Part shown: in pieces, positions 1 through 9,050 of the stretch
Layout: every line of letters begins with the position of its first letter
How positions within the stretch are numbered: the first letter of the stretch is position 1
Assembly (NCBI GenBank): GCA_963663765.2
Contig: CAXXUA010000015.1
Location: 416,001-480,000 of the forward strand
Length of the DNA stretch: 64,000 nucleotides
Direction: 5' to 3'
DNA from: Candidatus Poribacteria bacterium
GTDB taxonomy: Bacteria; Poribacteria; WGA-4E; WGA-3G
Position numbers and translations under genes: made by a program
The notes under the pieces: generated by a model
Told to the model about the DNA's origin: nothing
Database searches by the model: none
Seen by the model: the letters and a program-made list of their open reading frames with translations, nothing else

Positions 1-232
1 GACTCGGTTGAGGTGGTGGAAAAACAGGTTCAAGTCTGTTGACTTTCCTAATGGATGGATCAAACTTACCTTTAAATGACTCAATAGAGATAATGACATC
101 TGTAACTGGTTGTCCCGATTCATCAATTACAATACCAGATATTGTCGCTGCGAATGAGCATCTTGTTGTAGTAACAATTGACAATAATAATCCAAGAATT
201 AGTACAAATATTGTGAAGCAAATACGTTTCAT
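1..232 (-). CDS. Secreted protein with carboxypeptidase-regulatory-like N-terminal domain (5' part only, runs off the window)
   Basis: Manual translation MKRICFTIFVLILGLLLSIVTTTRCSFAATISGIVIDESGQPVTDVIISI...; signal peptide followed by an ISGxVxDxxGxPV motif; GGAGG RBS at 241-245 (minus strand). Confidence 0.7.
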   Translation of the reverse strand, partial: MKRICFTIFVLILGLLLSIVTTTRCSFAATISGIVIDESGQPVTDVIISIESFKGKFDPSIRKVNRLEPVFPPPQPS

Positions 233-353
233 TGTGTATTCCTCCAACTGTTAGGTGTAACCAGGAAATATTGTGCTATATACTATAGTATTGTAATCAT
301 TATACACATAATAGGAGAATATAGCAATGTGTTTATCACAGAGTTATTCAGCT

Positions 354-492
354 TTATAGTAGATTATATAGTTATTCTTACACTTTCAGGTGTAGGAGGG
401 AACTCCGATTCCCGACTATCAAGGCGTTCAGTCGCGATTCGGAGATCGCTCCTACAGAAGAAGTGTAAACTTAATTGTAAATTTCACTATAA
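354..492. mobile_element. MITE-like element with TTATAGT...ACTATAA ends and an internal GTAG REP pair
   Basis: Highly similar inverted copy at 35721-35860; internal gtaggagggaactccgattcccgac...gtcgcgattcggagatcgctcctac. Confidence 0.7.
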
Positions 493-826
493 GAATCTAT
501 CGTTCTACCATTTAACTACATCTTAACTCATAAATCATAGGAGGTGTTTCTAACCCCGAAATACCAGATACACGTTCCAGTGAATTTAAGAGATACGGTG
601 TAGTGTTCTTGTTGAGCAAAAGTTTAGAAATTTTTTGAATTGTTCTGATGAGGTAAATCTTGGTTCTCATAAAATCTTGAAAATTCTAATTTAGAAAAAA
701 AACCTACTCATCTTTTCTGTAAGGAATGTCCAGAGTTCTTGTGTTGACACTATAAAATTATAACATTTCTATGATATTTTATTTAATTTGCTGCGGCAAT
801 GTGGCAATGGGTGTGTAAAGTTTTTG

Positions 827-975
827 CACCATAGGCGTCAATTTAAGAAAATATTGTTGTCATTTTTCTTGTGGGAGGGGTTTTCAACCCCGATTTGAGC
901 GGAAATGCACTAAAAAATCGGGGTTGAAAACCCCTCCCACAAGAGGTGAAAATCCTTAAATTGACGCCTATGGTG
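827..975. repeat. Nested palindromic element (21-bp outer IR, 30-bp inner IR)
   Basis: caccataggcgtcaatttaag (827-847) and its reverse complement (955-975); inner IR tcttgtgggaggggttttcaaccccgattt at 867-896 and 915-944. Confidence 0.8.
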
Positions 976-1009
976 TGTAAAGTTTTTGCACAGAGGTACA
1001 AACTTTTGT

Positions 1010-1175
1010 TCTCTTTAGTCCCGTAGGGACGCAATGTTTATAGAAAGACGTTATCACATCCCCTCTCTTTAGTTCCGTAGGAACGACATATAAGGATAAA
1101 CATACCGTCCCTACGGGACTAAAAAGACATGGGATATGTATTTCTATAAACATATCGTCCCTACGGGACTGAAGA
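1010..1175. repeat. REP cluster of the gtccc-gtag-ggac family
   Basis: Four copies of tagtcccgtagggacg / cgtccctacgggact in inverted arrangement; related copies at 55663-55905. Confidence 0.7.
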
Positions 1176-1411
1176 ATATGGTAAATATTAACAATATTTC
1201 TTTATATTGACACCTAATGAAGTTTGACAATCAAAATCGGTAGTTGAATTCGTAGGGGTTGGGTTCCCCAACCCGTTGGTTTTTGAGTTTGCGTAGATCA
1301 AGTGTGTGGGGAAACCACGCCCCTACGAATATACAACTTGAACGTCAAAACTCATTAGGACTCTGTGTCCGCAATCTCTCATTTAATCAGTTGCGGCGGG
1401 GCACAGAGACC

Positions 1412-1470
1412 CGGGGAATGCCTAAATGGCATTCATACCGTTGTTTTCTTGATTTCTTGATTTCTTGATT
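1412..1470 (+). repeat. GAATGCC-hairpin short dispersed repeat with (ttgatttc)n tail
   Basis: cggggaatgcctaaatggcattcataccgttg...; recurs near 1582, 2800-2900, 12040, 22240, 22485, 46030, 53860, 55680, 55840 and 63090. Confidence 0.85.
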
Positions 1471-1706
1471 TCGCCCTACAATGGAGAGTGGGATGTTTGT
1501 GCAAATACTGTACACACCCTGTGGCAATGTGGCAATGTGGCAATCATGTTGATGTTACCTTCCGGTCTCGACCGAAGGTCGAATCAACGGTATAAATGCC
1601 ATTTAGACATTCCCCGCTTACAGAAGAGAAGTCTTCCAACCAGTAATTACAATGAAATTCCTTATTGAGACATTATTTATTAGAATTGGTGTATTATAAA
1701 AAATCA

Positions 1707-1735
1707 TTGCATCAAAAAATCCAGTTTGCTAAAAT
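1707..1735 (+). promoter_or_regulatory. Sigma70-type promoter for the cytochrome c gene
   Basis: TTGCAT-17bp-TAAAAT with an extended TG, about 50 bp upstream of ATG 1784. Confidence 0.5.
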
Positions 1736-1783
1736 AGTTTCTGATATAACTAATACAATGTCCTTGAAAAGGGGAAATATAAT

Positions 1784-2347
1784 ATGCGTAGAAGTTTTTT
1801 GATTATGACTGCGTCGTTATTTTTTTTATGTGCAGTGATAACATTTGGAATTCGTTCAGTAGACAGTCAGAACGAAATAGTAGAACGAGGTAAGTATCTT
1901 GTTGATGCTGTTGCTGCATGTGGTTATTGTCATACGCCTCGCGTTGGAGCAGAATACAATATGAAAATGTACCTTGCTGGACATCCATCAGAAGAATCTT
2001 TTCCTCGCTATAATTTTAACATGATGCAGCAGAACATTTTTCTATTAACATCTCCACAGTTAAGTGCTTTTTCCGGTCCTTTTGGTACAAGTTTTGCATC
2101 TAATTTAACTCCAGACAAAGAAACTGGTTTAGGAGAATGGACAGAAAAGATGTTTATTGATGCCATGCGAACTGGAAAACATCAAGGAAATCCTACTAAT
2201 CGGAATATATTCCCACCCATGCCTAATAAACACTATGCCTTGATGAAAGATGCTGATCTTAAAGCGATATGGGCGTATCTTAAGACAATTAAACCCGTAA
2301 AAAACGATGTCAGTCCGGTATTGAATAGACTTGGTAGACCCTTTTAA
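1784..2347 (+). CDS. Periplasmic monoheme c-type cytochrome
   Basis: Signal peptide; RGKYLV..AACGYCHTP heme motif; NLTPDKETGLGEWT and PPMP motifs typical of this cytochrome c family. Confidence 0.9.
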   Translation: MRRSFLIMTASLFFLCAVITFGIRSVDSQNEIVERGKYLVDAVAACGYCHTPRVGAEYNMKMYLAGHPSEESFPRYNFNMMQQNIFLLTSPQLSAFSGPFGTSFASNLTPDKETGLGEWTEKMFIDAMRTGKHQGNPTNRNIFPPMPNKHYALMKDADLKAIWAYLKTIKPVKNDVSPVLNRLGRPF

Positions 2348-2564
2348 ATTCGGTAATCACTATTATCAAAAGACACACTTGACATAAATTGTAATGTAAA
2401 CAAGACTTACTCATTTTCTCTTAAAGTCCCTTGATAAGGGAGTAGGGTTCCCATAGCAATAGCGTATGGGAGAGTAGGGGTTAAAAAGACTAAAAACACT
2501 GAAATAACGCACTATTTAACCTCCCTTCACACCTTATATGTAGATTAATTTATTAGATTAATTT

Positions 2565-2960
2565 ATTAATTAGGTAATAGAATATTTCTCACACGGTAAG
2601 TGTGCTTTATAGTAAACTTTGAAATTATTAGGGCACTTTAATAAATCTATTTTGGAACATAACGGAGAATAGAAGTTGTAATACAGACTGTTAGTTTGTG
2701 TAAAAAGAGCGCAAACTAACAGTTTACGCTACAAAGGTGTCCCATTAATTATATGTTTTTCTATATAAGCGAGCCGTTGGGACTTGATGTGCCAGCGCCA
2801 AATCAATAAATCAACGGTATGAATGCCTTTTGGCATTCACCGGGTATGAATGTCTATTGGCATTTCCCAGGTATGAATACCTTTTGGCGTTCCCCGCCTA
2901 CAAAGCACGCTTACCGAGGAGGGGTTACTTAGAATTACCGATTCGAATTTATTAATTTTC
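2565..2960. repeat. Composite REPIN/MITE-like element with nested insertions
   Basis: Shares ends and the gttgggacttgatgt(g/c)ccagc core with 22200-22670 and 63050-63250; contains three reverse GAATGCC-hairpin units. Confidence 0.6.
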
Positions 2961-3016
2961 ATTCAAAGATGAATGCGAAAGTCCTCGTAAATAATAAATT
3001 GGAGAAAATACTTCCT

Positions 3017-4081
3017 ATGGCTACAAATAAAAAACATGTGCGCGTTGCTGTTGTTGGGATGGGTATCGGTAGACCTAACGGTGCAGCATTGTCTCGCAAT
3101 CCGAGAGGAAAAGTTGTTGCTCTGTGTGATCTTGTTGAAGACCGAATGAAAGGTTTTGCAACGGATTTACCGGGGAATATCAAACTGTACACAGATTACA
3201 AAGAGATGTGTAAAGCATCTGATATTGATGCGGTTTTTGTCGGTACGCCGAATCAATGGCATGTGCCGGTTGCGTTGGAAGCGGTGCGAAATGGTAAACA
3301 TGTGTTGGTAACCAAACCGTTAGCGGATACTGAGGAAGCTGCAGCGAAGTTGGTTAAAGAAGCTGAGGCGGCGGGAGTGGTCAACATGATGTCTCTTTCA
3401 ACCCGTTTTGGTCATAGCTGCCAACACCTTGGTAAACTCGCCAGTGAGAATTACTTCGGTGAATTGTATTATGCGCGTGCACGTAGTATTAGACGAAGTG
3501 GAATACCTGCTTGGAATCTTGGATTCATTCAGAAAGGTGGCGGTGCATTTCGCGATATGGGAGTGCATGTACTTGATGCAGTCTGGTGGATAATAGGTAT
3601 GCCGAAACCTGTTTCTGTGCTGGGAGCAGCGGGTGCGAAATTCGGACCTCGCGGTCTTGGTTATTGGAACCGGTCAAAACCTCCGAAAGAAACTTATGAG
3701 AAATATGATTCTGATGATTATGCTGGGGGGTTTATTACCTTTGAAAATGGCATAGGGTTACAGGTGGAAAGTTTTTGGGCATCTCATCAACCCGGAGAAT
3801 TCCAGATAGAATTGTTCGGGACTGAAGCAGGTGCTACTCTAAGTCCATTGAAAGCCTACCGTACTGACAAGAAAAATGAGTTTGAGGATATAGATATAAA
3901 ACTACCGAAGAGTAAGTATAATGAAGCCTGGGATGCAATTGCTGACAATTTCATTGAAGCTATATTAGATGGTGTTGAATGCAAAGCTCCGCTTCGTCAT
4001 GGACTAATTGTGCAAAGAATGATGGAAGGCTTATTGAAAAGTGGTGAGACAGGACGTGAAGTCCATCTTGAGGTAGAATAG
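3017..4081 (+). CDS. Gfo/Idh/MocA family oxidoreductase
   Basis: VAVVGMGIG Rossmann motif, GTPNQWH, GKHVLVTKP, GGGAFRDMGVHVLD; GGAG upstream of ATG 3017. Confidence 0.9.
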   Translation: MATNKKHVRVAVVGMGIGRPNGAALSRNPRGKVVALCDLVEDRMKGFATDLPGNIKLYTDYKEMCKASDIDAVFVGTPNQWHVPVALEAVRNGKHVLVTKPLADTEEAAAKLVKEAEAAGVVNMMSLSTRFGHSCQHLGKLASENYFGELYYARARSIRRSGIPAWNLGFIQKGGGAFRDMGVHVLDAVWWIIGMPKPVSVLGAAGAKFGPRGLGYWNRSKPPKETYEKYDSDDYAGGFITFENGIGLQVESFWASHQPGEFQIELFGTEAGATLSPLKAYRTDKKNEFEDIDIKLPKSKYNEAWDAIADNFIEAILDGVECKAPLRHGLIVQRMMEGLLKSGETGREVHLEVE

Positions 4082-4083
4082 GT

Positions 4084-4788
4084 ATGAAGGTGAATTTAGC
4101 AAAACTACATGATGACTTTAGTCAGAATGGATATGCAATCGTACCGAATCTGTATACTCGAGATGAGGTGCAAAGTTTAAAGTTGGAGTCTATCAACATT
4201 CTGGAGGCAGTTAGGAAAGAGACAGGGGCAGCTGCTGGACACGGTGTTCACGTTGGTTTAGCTGCAAGCAGTACTGTCTTTCAAGAAGCAGTCGGTGACT
4301 CTCGGATACTGGATATTTTAGAAGTAATCCTCGCACCGAATATTGAGTTCTTGAGCGATAAGGTTGTTTTCAAGAGCGATTCGATGACCTTTGCAAGTCC
4401 GTGGCACCAAGATTGGCACTATTGGCACGGTGCGCATAAACTCTCAATATGGGTTGCACTTGATGATGCCAAAATTGAAAATGGGTGTTTAAAGCTATTT
4501 CCCGGTTCACACAAATCTGCAATCGTACATGATGGTGATGCCAGTGACGGACATGGGTTTGGAAACCGTTTACGTCCTGACGCTGTTGATGAAAACCTTG
4601 CTATCACTGCGGAATTGGAAGCGGGAGGTGCAGTCTTTTTTCATGATTTGACTCTACATGCAAGCCATCCGAACCGTTCAGGTGCGGAACGGTGGGTATG
4701 GATTCCCACTTACCGTGATGCAAAAGCCGAAGATATGGATTATCCGTGGGCAGTTGCAGCAAAGGTCTTACGCGGAAAAAAGGGATAA
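4084..4788 (+). CDS. Phytanoyl-CoA dioxygenase (PhyH) family protein
   Basis: PWHQD, ENGCLKLFPGSH and HASHPN Fe(II)/2OG motifs. Confidence 0.9.
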   Translation: MKVNLAKLHDDFSQNGYAIVPNLYTRDEVQSLKLESINILEAVRKETGAAAGHGVHVGLAASSTVFQEAVGDSRILDILEVILAPNIEFLSDKVVFKSDSMTFASPWHQDWHYWHGAHKLSIWVALDDAKIENGCLKLFPGSHKSAIVHDGDASDGHGFGNRLRPDAVDENLAITAELEAGGAVFFHDLTLHASHPNRSGAERWVWIPTYRDAKAEDMDYPWAVAAKVLRGKKG

Positions 4789-4831
4789 CAATTTCATAGG
4801 ATTTAAGATATAGAAAACGAAAAGGAGATGT

Positions 4832-5686
4832 ATGTATAAAAATCTAAGTACGGGTGCAATCGGTATTCGTGCTGGTATGAAAGACGGTTTAGCATTAGCA
4901 AAAGAGGCTGGTTTTGAAGGGCTTGACCTAAATATCGGTGAAGCAGCTCAACTTGCTGAAGAACACTCTGTTGAATATGTCAAAGAGTTGTGGCAAGAGG
5001 CAGGTATTGCTATGGGTGGTTGGGGATTCGGAGTAAATTGGCGCGGTTCAATTTCTGATTTCTTTGCAGGATTGTCACAATTACCTGCACGTGCTGAACT
5101 TGCAGCAGAACTCGGTTGTTTCCGAACGACTACCGTTGTGGGTCCCGCTTCAAACGATATGACATTTCAAGAGAATTGGAATTTCTCTGTTAAAAGACTT
5201 CGTGCAGTTGCAGAAATACTCAATGCACATGGACATTCAATAGGACTCGAGTTTATTGGACCTGCGACAAGCAGGAAAGCAGCAAAACACTTGTTTGCTT
5301 ATACAATGGATGCGATGTTAGGACTGTCAGCTGCAATTGGTACTGGTAATGTTGGTCTACTTTTTGATACATGGCATTGGTATACCTGTCGTTCCACTGT
5401 TGATGATGTGCGTAAACTTTCTGCATCTGATGTTGTATATGTCCACATCAACGATGCACCTGCAGGTATTGATCCTGACGAACAGATTGACAATATCCGT
5501 TGTCTTCCTGCTAAAACCGGGGTAATACCTCTGACAGAATTAATGCAAATCCTTGATGGTATCGGTTATGATGGACCTGTAACCCCTGAACCTTTCAGTA
5601 AAAAGCTTAGCGAAATGGAACCAGCACACGCTGCGAAAGCTACTGCTGAATCTCTCAACCAAGTGTGGAAGAATGCTGGACTGTAA
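4832..5686 (+). CDS. Sugar phosphate isomerase/epimerase (xylose isomerase-like TIM barrel)
   Basis: GLEF, VGLLFDTWHW, VHIND and GYDGPVTPEPF metal ligands; AGGAG RBS. Confidence 0.9.
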   Translation: MYKNLSTGAIGIRAGMKDGLALAKEAGFEGLDLNIGEAAQLAEEHSVEYVKELWQEAGIAMGGWGFGVNWRGSISDFFAGLSQLPARAELAAELGCFRTTTVVGPASNDMTFQENWNFSVKRLRAVAEILNAHGHSIGLEFIGPATSRKAAKHLFAYTMDAMLGLSAAIGTGNVGLLFDTWHWYTCRSTVDDVRKLSASDVVYVHINDAPAGIDPDEQIDNIRCLPAKTGVIPLTELMQILDGIGYDGPVTPEPFSKKLSEMEPAHAAKATAESLNQVWKNAGL

Positions 5687-5715
5687 GAAAAATGACTTAA
5701 ACGGAAGGAACATTA

Positions 5716-6522
5716 GTGCAACTAATCAATGAGGAAAACATTTTAGCTATCACACATAAATGGGAAGGTGATCGATTTCCTGACGGTCGTCCCCGGGTTC
5801 CCGACGATATTCTAAAACGGATGAAGGCAATTAGTATTGAACAAGCATGGGGTGTCTTGCATGGTAATGGGTATAGATTTCAGTTTGCAGGAGATTGGAT
5901 GAATCTCCATCCTGATCGTATCCTTGTTGGTCGAGCAGTAACATGTGCTTTTGTACCTATTCGTCCTGACTTTAATGATGCAGTTTCAGCTCAGGGTGAA
6001 AAAGATGGACGCGTTGGTGGACAGAATTCGTGGGTAATTGACACGCTTGTTCATGATGATGTCATCGTCGTGGATCTGTTTGGAAAGGTTAAAGATGGCA
6101 CTTTTGCGGGTGATAATCTCGGTAATTCAATCTACGCAAAAACTAGGACCGGCATGGTGATTGACGGTGGGATACGTGATCTGGATGGTATATATGAATT
6201 ACCCGATTTTGCGACTTATGTTCGGGGTGTTGACCCAACAGGTATAGCAAATGTTACACTCACAGGAATAAACATTCCTATCCGTATCGGTGAAGCGACC
6301 ATTTTGCCAGGTGATGTTGTATTAGGTAGGCGCGGCGGTGTCATCTTCATTCCTCCGCACTTTGCACAGCAGGTTGTTGAACGTGGTGAAGAGGTGCAGC
6401 TCCGTGATCGATTTGGACACCAACGATTACGCGAGGGTATTTACACCCCTGGCGAAATTGATCGAAAATGGTCAGATGAGATTGAGAAAGACTTTGCTGA
6501 TTGGCGTAACAATCAGAAATAG
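5716..6522 (+). CDS. RraA / HMG-aldolase family protein
   Basis: GRAVT, GDNL, VIDGGIRD and PGDVVLG motifs. Confidence 0.85.
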   Translation: MQLINEENILAITHKWEGDRFPDGRPRVPDDILKRMKAISIEQAWGVLHGNGYRFQFAGDWMNLHPDRILVGRAVTCAFVPIRPDFNDAVSAQGEKDGRVGGQNSWVIDTLVHDDVIVVDLFGKVKDGTFAGDNLGNSIYAKTRTGMVIDGGIRDLDGIYELPDFATYVRGVDPTGIANVTLTGINIPIRIGEATILPGDVVLGRRGGVIFIPPHFAQQVVERGEEVQLRDRFGHQRLREGIYTPGEIDRKWSDEIEKDFADWRNNQK

Positions 6523-6564
6523 ATTATGTCTTAAATGATGGCTTTCTGCTGAAGGATATTCATA

Positions 6565-7275
6565 TTGCGTGACTATGGTGTGATTATTGGACATTTGAAG
6601 CGATTAGATCTATCTGTGAATTTGATAGGTGCTGTTAACGATTATCCGATACATCTGTTTCAACTTGAGTCCTTTACGCACAATCCCAAAAAGATACTGA
6701 TTACGGGTGGTGTGCATGGTGATGAACCTGCAGGCGTAGAAGCAGTGTTACAATTCTTAGCACGTGACAATACCGAACTTCTGAAGCGATTCTCATTTAT
6801 TGTTATTCCGTGTGTTAATCCATACGGTTATGTACACGAGACACGAGAGAATAGCGATGGAATAGATATTAACCGTTCTTTTGAAGATGAACAGGTAAGT
6901 GAAGTTGATATCTTAAAACGGGCTATTGGTCAAACCCAATTTACGTTAGCGATAGATTTCCACGAAGATTACGAAGCAACAGGATTTTACCTTTATGAAG
7001 GAAACCGAGATGGACAGTATCTCGGACCAAAGATTGTCAATGTTGTAAAGAATATAGGTCCAATAGATTCCGAGGAATTTGACAAAGAAGCACCAGGTAT
7101 TGCTGAAGGTGTTTACAAGGTTTCATCTGAATGGGGCACACAAGGTTTAGTACCCTACCTATTACATTACCACAGCGAACATGTTATCATCACAGAAACA
7201 CCGACAGTGTGGCCGCTTGAACAACGTGCAGCTTTGCATTTAGGTGTTTTAGACTCCGCTTTATCATACTATTAA
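6565..7275 (+). CDS. M14 metallocarboxypeptidase / succinylglutamate desuccinylase family
   Basis: GGVHGDEPAG, NPYG..RENSDGIDINRSF, DFHED, ETP. Confidence 0.88.
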   Translation: MRDYGVIIGHLKRLDLSVNLIGAVNDYPIHLFQLESFTHNPKKILITGGVHGDEPAGVEAVLQFLARDNTELLKRFSFIVIPCVNPYGYVHETRENSDGIDINRSFEDEQVSEVDILKRAIGQTQFTLAIDFHEDYEATGFYLYEGNRDGQYLGPKIVNVVKNIGPIDSEEFDKEAPGIAEGVYKVSSEWGTQGLVPYLLHYHSEHVIITETPTVWPLEQRAALHLGVLDSALSYY

Positions 7276-7288
7276 TAAAGAAATACCT

Positions 7289-8548
7289 ATGGAAACACAA
7301 TCTATATTATCGAATGTGGAAACTGCTTCTCATCCATCTGGACTGAAGATCACTGACATGCGTATCGTCCGAACTCAAGTTGGTGGACCGATCCTGAGAC
7401 TTGACACGAATCAAGGTATACATGGTTTGGGTGAGGTACGTGACGCTGCTAGTCCTACCTATGCATTGATGCTCAAAAGCAGACTGTTAGGTGAAAATCC
7501 CTGTAATGTTGATAAGATCTTTCGGAAGATAAAACAGTTTGGACATCATGCTCGACAAGGTGGGGGTGTATGTAGTATTGAAATGGCACTTATGGATCTT
7601 GCTGGTAAAGCTTATGGGGTACCGTGTTATCAACTTGTTGGTGGTAAATTCCGTGATAGAATTCGGTGTTATAGTGACACACCGTCCCTAAAAGATGCGG
7701 AAGCAATGGGCAACAAACTGCAAGAACGAATTGACAGAGGATTCACCTTCCTGAAGATGGATGTTGGTGTTGGGTTACTCCGTGACATATCAGGGACCCT
7801 CTCCGCACCAGACGGACATTTAAGTAATCACAATTTGATGCATCCGTTTACCGGTATCCGTCTGACAGAAAAAGGCATCGGCGTGCTGTGTGAATATGTA
7901 GAGACGGTTCGGGATATAATTGGATATGAAATACCTCTTGCAGTTGACCATTTTGGTCATATTGGCATTGAAGATTGCATTCGTCTTGCAAGAGCATTAG
8001 AGAAGTATAACCTTGCATGGTTAGAAGATATGGTGCCGTGGCAATATACTGACCAATATGTCCGTCTATCAAATTCATGTGCAACACCTATTTGCACAGG
8101 TGAGGACATTTATTGTAAAGAGGGATTCATGCCACTGTTTAAGAAAAGTGCGATTGCTATCTGCCATCCCGACATTGCAACATCGGGTGGTATTTTGGAG
8201 ACGAAGAAGATTGGCGACCTTGCTGAAGAGCATGGTATTGCAATGGCACTTCACATGGCAGGTACACCTGTCTGTGCAATGGCAAGTGTTCACTGTGCTG
8301 CAGCAACATCCAATTTTTTGGTTTTGGAGAATCATTCCTTTGATAATCCTTGGTGGGATGAAATGGTAACTGGATTATCTAATCCGATTATCCAAGATGG
8401 TTATATTGCGGTTCCTGAATCACCCGGTTTGGGTATTGAACTTATTGAGGAAGTCATAAAAGAACATCTGCATTCAATGGAGACAGGTTATTTTGTACCA
8501 ACAACTGAATGGGACGATGAACGTTCACATGATAGGTTGTGGAGTTAG
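7289..8548 (+). CDS. Mandelate racemase/muconate lactonizing enzyme family dehydratase
   Basis: GLGE, MDLAGKAYGVP, KMD, WLED, TGED, PGLGIEL. Confidence 0.9.
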   Translation: METQSILSNVETASHPSGLKITDMRIVRTQVGGPILRLDTNQGIHGLGEVRDAASPTYALMLKSRLLGENPCNVDKIFRKIKQFGHHARQGGGVCSIEMALMDLAGKAYGVPCYQLVGGKFRDRIRCYSDTPSLKDAEAMGNKLQERIDRGFTFLKMDVGVGLLRDISGTLSAPDGHLSNHNLMHPFTGIRLTEKGIGVLCEYVETVRDIIGYEIPLAVDHFGHIGIEDCIRLARALEKYNLAWLEDMVPWQYTDQYVRLSNSCATPICTGEDIYCKEGFMPLFKKSAIAICHPDIATSGGILETKKIGDLAEEHGIAMALHMAGTPVCAMASVHCAAATSNFLVLENHSFDNPWWDEMVTGLSNPIIQDGYIAVPESPGLGIELIEEVIKEHLHSMETGYFVPTTEWDDERSHDRLWS

Positions 8549-8558
8549 GTTTTCCGTA

Positions 8559-9050
8559 TTAGTATGGGAAGACATCCGTGAGTCTTGTGCCACAGCGCGC
8601 TGTCTTAATTTCATAAGAATTACCATTAAAATATATTCCTGAGTGATCTTTTTTTAGTTGTGTGACCTCTGCTCTACTAATGGAATTGTGAAACAAAATG
8701 GGACGACAGATGCTTTCTAAATTAATTGGAGAATAAGAAGCTGCTATGACAGCACCAGCTTTTAATTGTTTTACTGCTTTTGACGCTTCAGCGTTTTTAC
8801 CACCTTTTAGTTCTATTAAAACCACTACAAGTTTCGCATCGTTATCAAAATAGAAGAGTATACATTCACATTGGTTTTCTCCTTGGCGACCATGGGGAAA
8901 AACTTTATCCAGATCCACAACAACTCTATTTTCTTCTGCGATACCAGTTAGATTTACACTACAATTCCTTTTTTTGAACAAACTACCATAAAAAAGGTTT
9001 TTTCTTCCAACACGATTTCGAATTTCATCAAGTATTGCACTCCTATTCAC
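8559..9050 (-). CDS. Hypothetical protein with PD-(D/E)XK-like motif, partner of the AAA ATPase
   Basis: CECILF...VVVLIELKGG...AVKQL; overlaps the ATPase stop codon (translational coupling). Confidence 0.6.
   Translation of the reverse strand: MNRSAILDEIRNRVGRKNLFYGSLFKKRNCSVNLTGIAEENRVVVDLDKVFPHGRQGENQCECILFYFDNDAKLVVVLIELKGGKNAEASKAVKQLKAGAVIAASYSPINLESICRPILFHNSISRAEVTQLKKDHSGIYFNGNSYEIKTARCGTRLTDVFPY

Noticed and set aside
329-526. Short ORFs 329-526 and 35661-35855 with similar peptides
   Set aside because: The similarity comes from the shared MITE/REP sequence, not from a protein family.
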